A stretch of DNA of 20,215 nucleotides from the NCBI GenBank assembly GCA_038740615.1, contig JAVYLQ010000008.1, positions 1 to 20,215 on the forward strand. The letters are read 5' to 3'. The notes under the pieces were generated by a model. The model was not told the origin of the DNA. It did not search any database and worked only from the letters and a program-made list of their open reading frames with translations. How positions within the stretch are numbered: the first letter of the stretch is position 1; each line of letters begins with the position of its first letter. Positions 8,865-16,495 of this stretch are shown one piece after another. The translations under genes were made by a program, and so were the position numbers. The DNA is from Candidatus Anstonellales archaeon (lineage in GTDB: Archaea > Micrarchaeota > Micrarchaeia > Anstonellales > J096).

Positions 8865-9166
8865 GAGAGCAGGAGAGAAGGTTTATTGAGGAAGTGCTGG
8901 GCAGGGTTCTAATGATAAATATAGGCAATTTACCGATGTTTATATACAAATCCACAAAAAGACCTGGATATATAGTTAGCTATTACTTGGATATAAGTGC
9001 TTCGGATAAGGTTGGGGATGTTGCTGCTGTATGTGGTGCTGTGAGGAGCAAAGAGGAATTTTTGAGAGCAAAGCTCACAGCTGTAACCAGCTGGGCAGAG
9101 AAGATAGGCTTGAAATCTGGAATGCAGGTTAAGAGAGCTATCAAAATACTTGAAGAATATAAGTAA
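8861..9166 (+). CDS. DUF1805 / YunC-like protein
   Basis: GYIVSYYLDISASDKVGDVAA...L.A..TAVT..AEKIGLKSGM pattern recognised as DUF1805-like. Confidence 0.7.
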   Translation: MREQERRFIEEVLGRVLMINIGNLPMFIYKSTKRPGYIVSYYLDISASDKVGDVAAVCGAVRSKEEFLRAKLTAVTSWAEKIGLKSGMQVKRAIKILEEYK

Positions 9167-9200
9167 TATTTATAAATACTATTCCTATAATTAAGAGATT

Positions 9201-9485
9201 ATGAAGATACCAGCTAATCTTACTACATTCTGTCCATATTGTAATAAGCATACTGAGCATAAAGTAAGTAATTACTCTCCAGGTAAGAGAAGGAGTTTAG
9301 CATTTGGAAATGTTAAGTTTGAGAATAAGCTAAAGGGACATGGGGGTAAAAGGGCTGGAAAGAAGAGTGTGAAGAAGCAGGGAAAGAGACAGGTGGTGGT
9401 ACTTACCTGTAGCGAATGTAGTAAAAAACAGATGAGAGTTTATATTAAAACCAGAACCAAGAAAAAAATTGAGGTGAAGCGATAA
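9201..9485 (+). CDS. rpl44e: 50S ribosomal protein L44e (eL42)
   Basis: MKIP..TFCPYCNKHTEHKV, GHGGK, LTCSEC; heads the canonical L44e-S27e-aIF2alpha-nop10 cluster. Confidence 0.95.
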   Translation: MKIPANLTTFCPYCNKHTEHKVSNYSPGKRRSLAFGNVKFENKLKGHGGKRAGKKSVKKQGKRQVVVLTCSECSKKQMRVYIKTRTKKKIEVKR

Positions 9486-9652
9486 TGAGCGGTTTTATAA
9501 AGATAAGATGCAGAAAGTGCGGTACTGAAATGATAGTATTCTCACATGCATCCAGAAACATCAGATGTCCTAAGGATAATGAACTTGTAGTCCAATCCAC
9601 TGGAGGGAAGGTAAATATTGTGAACGCAGATATAATACAGACTTATGGATAG
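9485..9652 (+). CDS. rps27e: 30S ribosomal protein S27e (eS27)
   Basis: Hand-translated, 55 aa: MSGFIKIRCRKCGTEMIVFSHASRNIRCPKDNELVVQSTGGKVNIVNADIIQTYG; TGGK motif and synteny. Confidence 0.93.
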   Translation: MSGFIKIRCRKCGTEMIVFSHASRNIRCPKDNELVVQSTGGKVNIVNADIIQTYG

Positions 9653-10376
9653 AGATAAGTATAGAGTTGTAAAAGTCACAAGAATCGAGGAGTTTGGAGT
9701 TTACTGTGATGTATTAGACCAACCCGGTTATCAGGGATTTGTCCCTAGAGGCGAAGTATCCTCAAGTTGGATAAGAGATATTAGTAGAGATATACGCGTT
9801 AATGAGATAAGAGTTGGTAAGATCCTTTCTATAGATCACAATTCAAAGATAATTGAACTGTCTTTTAGAAGAGTGGGTGAAAGGGAGAAAGCAGAGATAT
9901 TACAACATTACAATAATGAACAGACAGCCATGAATATACTCAGGAGCTCTATGAGTAGAGCTCGTATCAAAAGGAGTATTGAGAGTATAGTGGAATCAAT
10001 AAGATCTAAATATAATAGTATATATGAATTTTTCAGAGCAGCATCTCTAGATGAGTCTGTTCTAGAAACAGTAGATCTACCAAAGACTCTAAAAACATAT
10101 CTAAAGGAAGAAATATCAAAGAGATTCAGCCATATTATCTATAGGATCAGATTGGATATATCAGCAATATCTTATGCAGAGGATGGTTTAGATAGGATAA
10201 AGCAGCTTTTCCAGAATGTGACAGCTAAATACATTGGTGGAGGTAAATACATAGTAAATCTAGAACACAAGAATCCTAAAGAGCTTAGAAAAATGGGGGA
10301 ACAGCTAGGTGAGGAACTGTCTAAAAGAGCTAAAGAATTAGATATTGAATTTACATACAATCTCTTAGAGAAATGA
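9645..10376 (+). CDS. eif2a: Translation initiation factor 2 alpha subunit
   Basis: N-terminal S1 domain (GFVPRGEVSSSWIRDI, IELSFRRV), DGLDRIK, YIGGGKY; synteny. Confidence 0.92.
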   Translation: MDRDKYRVVKVTRIEEFGVYCDVLDQPGYQGFVPRGEVSSSWIRDISRDIRVNEIRVGKILSIDHNSKIIELSFRRVGEREKAEILQHYNNEQTAMNILRSSMSRARIKRSIESIVESIRSKYNSIYEFFRAASLDESVLETVDLPKTLKTYLKEEISKRFSHIIYRIRLDISAISYAEDGLDRIKQLFQNVTAKYIGGGKYIVNLEHKNPKELRKMGEQLGEELSKRAKELDIEFTYNLLEK

Positions 10377-10492
10377 AGATCAGGAAATGTAGATTGTGTA
10401 AATCATATACATTAAAGTTATACCATTGTGGGGTTCCTACTGATAAGGCCAATCCTCCAAATCTAAAATTCAAATATCTTAACAACACCTAA
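10373..10492 (+). CDS. nop10: Ribosome biogenesis protein Nop10 (short, 39 aa)
   Basis: Hand-translated MKIRKCRLCKSYTLKLYHCGVPTDKANPPNLKFKYLNNT; CxxC-xYTL-CG-T-PP pattern and ATGA overlap with aIF2alpha. Confidence 0.8.
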   Translation: MKIRKCRLCKSYTLKLYHCGVPTDKANPPNLKFKYLNNT

Positions 10493-11302
10493 TAGTATTG
10501 TCCCAACAAACATAATAATTCTCATCATCTCATGGATTTTCCTAAAATCAGATTTTCCAGATGATATCAAAATCTTAAACTTCAGATACATTAGGAACAT
10601 TATGAGGGGAATTGTAATTATTATCGATACAGGTTTCAGCAAGCTAAGATACACTATTGAAACTAAATACATATAAATCATTATTATAATCACGAGTTTT
10701 GTACCAGTAACTCCTATTACGACCGGTAATGTCCTTATCCCTTCTTGACTATCTCCTTCCACATCTTCCATGCTCTTCACTAATTCTCTGATAACTCCAA
10801 ATATAGCTACAGCTACAATAAACACGTTCAGAAAATTATCAGATAATTCTGATGAGATGTATAAGTAAGGATATATGAATGGGGCTGTCATAGTTAGTGC
10901 AACCACAACATTCCCCACAATCGGAAGTCTCTTGAAAATATAATTGTAAAGAATAGATATTATCAGAAATAAAATATTGAATGCTATTACGTATTGATTT
11001 GAGAATAGCATCAGAATCAAGGAGATCACAATCAATATACCTAGGATGGTATATGTCTCCCCTATAGAAATCTTTCCGGATATCAATGGCCTATCTAATC
11101 TTCTATTCTTCAAATCAGTTCTATAGTCGATTATATCATTTACTACAAATGCTATATATTGTATTATTACTGGTAGGATTATGCCTATAATACCTATGTA
11201 GAGAGGATCTCCATTCAGATAGTAGCTAGTTAGCATTATAGCTAGTACAGTAAATATTGCTCTATCAGCTCTAACTAGATCTACTATAGCTCTGATATCC
11301 AT
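10463..11302 (-). CDS. UbiA-family prenyltransferase, probably DGGGP synthase (archaeal ether lipid synthesis)
   Basis: Multiple TM helices; NDIIDYRTDLKNRRLDRPLISG and RELVKSMEDVEGD..GIRTLP aspartate-rich motifs. Confidence 0.85.
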   Translation of the reverse strand: MDIRAIVDLVRADRAIFTVLAIMLTSYYLNGDPLYIGIIGIILPVIIQYIAFVVNDIIDYRTDLKNRRLDRPLISGKISIGETYTILGILIVISLILMLFSNQYVIAFNILFLIISILYNYIFKRLPIVGNVVVALTMTAPFIYPYLYISSELSDNFLNVFIVAVAIFGVIRELVKSMEDVEGDSQEGIRTLPVVIGVTGTKLVIIIMIYMYLVSIVYLSLLKPVSIIITIPLIMFLMYLKFKILISSGKSDFRKIHEMMRIIMFVGTILLGVVKIFEF

Positions 11303-11946
11303 CTATCAACTACCCCAGTGACATCTCTGTGGAAGATCCTACCTAAGTTGGATACATCTCTAGTTAGCAGATCGACAAGTTTTGGATCAAATCTGACAGA
11401 TTGTCCGAAATCTATTATATACAACCTATCCCCTACCAGAATATTATACTCACTTAAATCTCCGTGTATATAGCCTGCTCTAAATAATCTATATATCTTA
11501 TCCAAAAGTTCATCAAACCATCTCTCATCTTTAGTTTTTATGTCGTGTAGTTTGGGATAGGGTATTCTATTCTCACCCAAGAAACTCATCACAATGATAT
11601 TATCCTCTTGATAAATCGGTACAGGTACATCGTGAATTGTAGTATATGCTATCTCTAGATTCTTAAACTCTTTTCTTGCATAGGCCACCGCTATTTCAAA
11701 GTCACTATTGTACTCTCTATTTATGTATTTCTTTCTGGAATTGAAGAATCTACTAGTTTCTGGTTTGTAGATCTTTATAACTCTCTCCTGTCCCTCTCTG
11801 GTAGCTAGGAATACTGCTGCCTCTTTACCCTCAGCTATTTTCCCAACAATCTCTGTTATTATCCCCTTTTTTATTATTCTACTAAGTGCCTTTAGACTCC
11901 TCCTATCAAATACTAAACTCTCAATTTCCCTATCTTCCCAGAGCAT
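11284..11946 (-). CDS. rio1: RIO1-type serine/threonine protein kinase
   Basis: GKEAAVF, IKIYK, EFKNL, IHGDLSEYNIL, IIDFGQSV. Confidence 0.92.
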   Translation of the reverse strand: MLWEDREIESLVFDRRSLKALSRIIKKGIITEIVGKIAEGKEAAVFLATREGQERVIKIYKPETSRFFNSRKKYINREYNSDFEIAVAYARKEFKNLEIAYTTIHDVPVPIYQEDNIIVMSFLGENRIPYPKLHDIKTKDERWFDELLDKIYRLFRAGYIHGDLSEYNILVGDRLYIIDFGQSVRFDPKLVDLLTRDVSNLGRIFHRDVTGVVDRWISEL

Positions 11947-12904
11947 TTCTGTACACCCTTATAGTCTGTTCTGCAATACTATCCCAGGATAATATTTCAA
12001 GTTTCTCTCTAGCTCTCTTGAGTTCTGCACTAAGATCCAGACGATCTAACTTATCTATGATCTTTCCAATATCATCATCTATCAGATATTTCTTGTATTC
12101 ATTTCCAAACAGATATTCTAGAAATGTAGGGATTTCCCCAACAGGAGTGGCTATGAAAGGCCTTTCACAAGCTATACTCTCAACCATTACCATTGGAAAA
12201 CCTTCATATCTAGAAGGCAATACAACATATCTACTATTACAATATATTTCTACAATCTGCTCATAATCAACCTCTCTAAAAACAACATTACTTCTAGACC
12301 TGGCTTTTAGTTCATTTATGAAACCATCTTCATCAGATCCAACTACCATTATATCTCCTGCATATTCGTCTATCAACCTATCTACCCCTTTATCTCTATC
12401 TAATCTACCTATATAAGTTACATACCTTGATTCTCTGTAAGATCTGTTACATTTGAATCTATCCAGATCAATTCCATTATATATCAGAACATAATTCTTG
12501 TGTATCATCTCGATCTTTCGAGAGACACTTATTACCTTAGCTCTCCTGAGTAAATGGATTGCTATGGCGTTGTAAATTTTGAATAGTTTATGTCTATCTG
12601 GAATCCCATGAACAGTCCATACCACAGGTTTTCCACGTAACATCCCAATAAAAGCTCCAATAATCGAAAACAGATTTCCATAACCATGCACATGAATGAT
12701 ATCGTATTTTTCAGTTATCAATTTTACAACAGACTTAATATCTGGTAATGGAGTCGATAGACCTGGTATTCTGATAGGATTTTTAGGGTATACTACCTCT
12801 ACATCAATCTCCTTTTTCTGTAGAGATTTTGTAAGGTTGTATATGTGTATAGCTATACCATCCTTATTTGGATAGTAAGTATGTGAGAAAATCAACACTT
12901 TCAT
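11930..12904 (-). CDS. Glycosyltransferase family 4
   Basis: YDIIHVH, TVHG, NGID, YIGRLDRDKG, PSRYEGFPMVMVESIAC, ATPVGEI, SWDSIAEQT. Confidence 0.92.
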   Translation of the reverse strand: MKVLIFSHTYYPNKDGIAIHIYNLTKSLQKKEIDVEVVYPKNPIRIPGLSTPLPDIKSVVKLITEKYDIIHVHGYGNLFSIIGAFIGMLRGKPVVWTVHGIPDRHKLFKIYNAIAIHLLRRAKVISVSRKIEMIHKNYVLIYNGIDLDRFKCNRSYRESRYVTYIGRLDRDKGVDRLIDEYAGDIMVVGSDEDGFINELKARSRSNVVFREVDYEQIVEIYCNSRYVVLPSRYEGFPMVMVESIACERPFIATPVGEIPTFLEYLFGNEYKKYLIDDDIGKIIDKLDRLDLSAELKRAREKLEILSWDSIAEQTIRVYRNALGR

Positions 12905-13359
12905 TGTCTTCTGCTTCTAACCTCATCAACTATAGCCAACCAGCTATCTCCAATCTTGTTCAGATAATTTCCAAAAGTCTTAGAGATAGTTATTTTCAGC
13001 TTTCTGCTCTTCTTATTGATATCAGAGAACTCTCGTTCTATCTTTATCAATCCAAATGCTCTGAGCTTTACTAATACTCTATTATAGAATGTGGCCTTGC
13101 TTATACTATTGTTTCTAACAAACTCTGCTATATCTGTAGAGTATAACTCTCCATTCTTCTGTATCAGTAGATTTATAAATCTGTTAGCTATTGTGTTGTA
13201 TTTGGGGCTGATCTCTGGGGGAAATACGAAAAACAGAACCTCCTGTAAGGAGAATAGATTCTTGGTAGGTCCTTCATTCTCATCTTGAAATCTCCTGAGT
13301 GTTGGATCATAATGAGCGGGTAAGTATAATATATTTTTAGACTTAACTTTCTTTATCAT
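12901..13359 (-). CDS. Hypothetical protein, probable winged helix-turn-helix
   Basis: STDIAEF...SISKATFYNRVLVKLRAFGLIKIE resembles a wHTH recognition helix and wing; ATGA overlap with the downstream GT4. Confidence 0.65.
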   Translation of the reverse strand: MIKKVKSKNILYLPAHYDPTLRRFQDENEGPTKNLFSLQEVLFFVFPPEISPKYNTIANRFINLLIQKNGELYSTDIAEFVRNNSISKATFYNRVLVKLRAFGLIKIEREFSDINKKSRKLKITISKTFGNYLNKIGDSWLAIVDEVRSRRQ

Positions 13360-13362
13360 AAA

Positions 13363-13434
13363 CGCCCTGGGCAGGATTCGAACCTGCGACCTTCCGGTTA
13401 ACAGCCGGACGCTCTACCTCTGAGCTACCAGGGC
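13363..13434 (-). tRNA. tRNA-Asn (GTT)
   Basis: GCCCTGG acceptor stem, TAGCTCAG D arm, CCGG-CTGTTAA-CCGG anticodon arm, GGTTCGAATCC T arm; no intron, CCA not encoded. Confidence 0.97.
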
Positions 13435-13521
13435 TACTTATTTAAATTGCAGCTAATGTTTAAAAATCTATTCAGCTATGGAAGAGTAATGTTTTTAAAC
13501 ACTTTTGTATATTATAAATAC

Positions 13522-13746
13522 ATGGACAGCAAAACTGCTGAACAGAAAATTGCCGAAATGAATAACGAAGAAAATATAATAAAAGTACTAGATCCAAATT
13601 TTAATAATAATATAACTGTTTTTGAAAATCCAATAGATGCCCTATCTGGTTTAAATAAATTTTTAAGTGAATCTAATAATCAAGAAAACCAAGAAGAATT
13701 AAAGAGACTAGAAGAATTGTTAAAGAATTTATTGTTAAACAACTAG
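13522..13746 (+). CDS. Small acidic Asn/Glu-rich hypothetical protein (74 aa)
   Basis: Open frame between the two tRNAs; ATG 13522 lies ~25 nt after TTTTTAAA; C-terminal amphipathic EELKRLEELLKNLL. Confidence 0.5.
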   Translation: MDSKTAEQKIAEMNNEENIIKVLDPNFNNNITVFENPIDALSGLNKFLSESNNQENQEELKRLEELLKNLLLNN

Positions 13747-13782
13747 TATTTTTAAAAAGCTTGTTTCTGATCATTAACTGGA

Positions 13783-13857
13783 AGCGGGGTAGGGTAGCCT
13801 GGAGTGCCCGCCGGGCTCATAACCCGGAGATCGGTGGTTCAAATCCACCCCCCGCTA
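13783..13857 (+). tRNA. Initiator tRNA-Met (CAT)
   Basis: AGCGGGG/CCCCGCT acceptor stem with A1-U72, anticodon arm CCGGG-CTCATAA-CCCGG with three consecutive G-C pairs, GGTTCAAATCC T arm. Confidence 0.97.
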
Positions 13858-13912
13858 TTAAACACTTTTCACAACATAAATATTTTTAAATAGTTGTAAA
13901 TAATATAAAACC

Positions 13913-16495
13913 ATGGAGCTATTAAGAACCGATGGAATTAGTGCTAATGGGGTTTTTTTGGTAGGTAACAGAGAGATAAGAATTGTAGATAATAAACAGG
14001 AGATGGGGATGCTATTTATACCGGCAGAATCAATTCCGAAATCTTTGGAATTGAGTAATAATGTATCATACAAGGGTAATGCTAAGATAGTATCTCTTGA
14101 AGTAATAGATTCTACTGGAAAGAGGAGGAAGTTAGATCTGCTGGTTGCAGGTAATATCGTGTTCTTCAGATTTGATCAGGAGAGTAGATGGACAGTATAT
14201 AGCCCAAATGTACTTCCATTAGATCAGTATCGAATCGAACTGAATGGCAGATCTGTTCAATTATCAAATGTTATCTCTATTGAAGATAGAGTATCACCAA
14301 GAGTCAGAATTCCAGGATATAGACAGAGAATTTATGATACATTGGTAATTAAACCTGAATTTAAAAACTCTATCCCTGTTCAATCTCTAGAACTCAAAGA
14401 TTCAGTAGTATTAAATGAGCTTAGACCCACAAAGATGACTTCTCAGAAAACTGAAGATTCAAAGAGATCTACAAATAATTTACCTCAAGTAATCAGTAGC
14501 ACACAAGGGACTTTTGTTGTGAATGGAACTAGTATAAGATTGGTTAAAGATTTTCATATCACTAGCATGTTCTCCCCTGCAAATACTATCCCCCCATCGA
14601 TGGTGTTAAATGATAACGTATACTTTTCAGGAAAGGCCAAAATAGTATCTCTGGACGTTTATGATTTAAATGGTAGATTAGTAGAATTGCAATTCCTGGT
14701 AGCTAATAATATTGTGATGTTCCGATTCAATGGGGATAATAGATGGTTTCTTTACACTCCAGAAGCATTAGCTTTAGATAATTATAGAGTGAGATTGAAT
14801 GGTAGAGATGTGAAACTATCTGAATTGATAGATATCCGAGATCAATTACAGACTGTTGGTAGTAGAAAAATATATGATGCGATTTTCATAAAGCCGGAGT
14901 TGGCAAATCATCTAAATTCTTCAGGTAAGATTAAAGAGTATACTTTAGAGTCCGTATCTCTGAACTCTCTCATATCTACTAATGTTAAGAACGAGCAAGC
15001 TAAGAGTACAGCTCAGATAGAAAAACCAGGTAATACGGATAGAACTCCATCCCAAAAGGAAACTGTGCAGAAACCCAAGAGATCACCTATGCTTGAACAG
15101 TTGTATAATTCAATTAATAGAGTAGATCGGGATAATGTTGTTGCGGCTGTGGAATCCCTATTGAATGGAAAATATAGATGGATCTGGTTCGGAATTGCAA
15201 AGAGAGATTTACCTACTGTTCAGAAATGGTTCAGGGAAAACTTTGGAGATAAATATGTGTTATCAATCTTGGAGGATAGGGGTAATAGAGTAAGAGTGAG
15301 GGTAGATCCTAAACAGGTATCTCAACCATCTAAGATTCCTCCACAAACCACCACTCCTAAACCTTCTAGTAAAGAATCCCCTAAAGCATTAGATAATATT
15401 CAATCTAATTTAGACTCTCAGAAACAGACTATACCTTCAACTAACCAGACTGAACAACCCCAGGGAAGAGAAAGAGGGGATATGTTAGGAATTGAATTCA
15501 CTAGACAGTTCTCTCAGCATTATTCTGAATTATTGAAGAGTAGAGATATATCTAAGCAACATCTACAGAGAGCTAAAGATATGTTAAGTAGATATTCTGA
15601 AAGGGATATTTATGCGATGTTAGGATTGAATCCTGAACAGATGATCAAGAATAGAGAGATGTTGGCTAGAACAGATCGCAATCTGAAAAGGCCAGAGCTT
15701 ACTGTAGAACAGCATCTAGCTATTGTCTTGATGGCTCTAGATAGAACTGGTGTAAACAGGGGAGAGAATCTGGCTAGAACTGTTATCGAAAATCCTAATT
15801 CTCTGGAGAAAACTGGAGTAAATAGACAGGAGAATCCTATAGTAGATCAGAGAGAAGAACAACTTCAGAAAGCAGAGCAGACTGTTGAATTATCTCAGGG
15901 AACTAGACGAATGTTAGCAGTAGGTAATACAAATGTAGAAGTGTATCTATCTGGAAATCTACTCGAATTAACATTGAATAATCAAAAGTACTATTTGGGT
16001 TTACCTAACAGCGTGGAGGAATTGGAGAGATTGAGGGAAATGGGATTAGAAGAAGCTGTTCCAGTGATAGTGATATCAAAAGAAGGAGCAAATCTCCACG
16101 TTCTAGATCCTAATAGATTAGATGAGCTACAGAAGCTACAGGATGGTGGGGATGCATATTTACTGATCGTTAATGTCTCTGACAGAGGAGTAACTGTATA
16201 TACCACCAAGTTAGATAGAATAGCTCCAGTAATCAGATCCTTGGATGATGTGGTATCTGAACTGAATACTCCGGATTGGATAAGAGATGTTGTTTATAAT
16301 ATAGATAGAAATCCAGAGCAAATAGATCCAAAAGTAGTACCTGGAAAATTAGAATCCTATTACTCAGATGAGGAAATCAGATTGTTGAATCAGATATATG
16401 AGATGTATTTCAAAAGTAGAATGAGTTGGGAAGAATTCGTGGGTTTTGCAATATATTATTTTGAAAAACCTGTTGTTGATGTTGAGGTGAGATAA
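13913..16495 (+). CDS. Large hypothetical protein with duplicated N-terminal beta-rich domain and P/Q/S/T linkers
   Basis: 860-aa ORF; TTTTTAAA about 25 nt upstream; internal repeat visible by eye; no family recognised. Confidence 0.85.
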   Translation: MELLRTDGISANGVFLVGNREIRIVDNKQEMGMLFIPAESIPKSLELSNNVSYKGNAKIVSLEVIDSTGKRRKLDLLVAGNIVFFRFDQESRWTVYSPNVLPLDQYRIELNGRSVQLSNVISIEDRVSPRVRIPGYRQRIYDTLVIKPEFKNSIPVQSLELKDSVVLNELRPTKMTSQKTEDSKRSTNNLPQVISSTQGTFVVNGTSIRLVKDFHITSMFSPANTIPPSMVLNDNVYFSGKAKIVSLDVYDLNGRLVELQFLVANNIVMFRFNGDNRWFLYTPEALALDNYRVRLNGRDVKLSELIDIRDQLQTVGSRKIYDAIFIKPELANHLNSSGKIKEYTLESVSLNSLISTNVKNEQAKSTAQIEKPGNTDRTPSQKETVQKPKRSPMLEQLYNSINRVDRDNVVAAVESLLNGKYRWIWFGIAKRDLPTVQKWFRENFGDKYVLSILEDRGNRVRVRVDPKQVSQPSKIPPQTTTPKPSSKESPKALDNIQSNLDSQKQTIPSTNQTEQPQGRERGDMLGIEFTRQFSQHYSELLKSRDISKQHLQRAKDMLSRYSERDIYAMLGLNPEQMIKNREMLARTDRNLKRPELTVEQHLAIVLMALDRTGVNRGENLARTVIENPNSLEKTGVNRQENPIVDQREEQLQKAEQTVELSQGTRRMLAVGNTNVEVYLSGNLLELTLNNQKYYLGLPNSVEELERLREMGLEEAVPVIVISKEGANLHVLDPNRLDELQKLQDGGDAYLLIVNVSDRGVTVYTTKLDRIAPVIRSLDDVVSELNTPDWIRDVVYNIDRNPEQIDPKVVPGKLESYYSDEEIRLLNQIYEMYFKSRMSWEEFVGFAIYYFEKPVVDVEVR
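13949..14970 (+). repeat. Two diverged tandem copies of a ~155-aa protein domain
   Basis: GNAKIVSLEVIDSTG/GKAKIVSLDVYDLNG, LVAGNIVFFRF/LVANNIVMFRF, LDQYRIELNGRSVQLS/LDNYRVRLNGRDVKLS, RIYDTLVIKPEF/KIYDAIFIKPEL. Confidence 0.9.

Noticed and set aside
9485..9652. Fourth zinc ligand of eS27 is Asp (CPKD)
   Set aside because: Ligand substitution in ribosomal zinc ribbons is common and not notable by itself.
13447..13521. Upstream TTG start for the inter-tRNA ORF
   Set aside because: It overlaps the tRNA-Asn promoter region and reads as non-coding AT-rich sequence; ATG 13522 is more plausible.
15746..15838. Short peptide repeat TGVNRGEN / TGVNRQEN in the 860-aa protein
   Set aside because: Only two 8-aa copies, too little to infer a repeat system.
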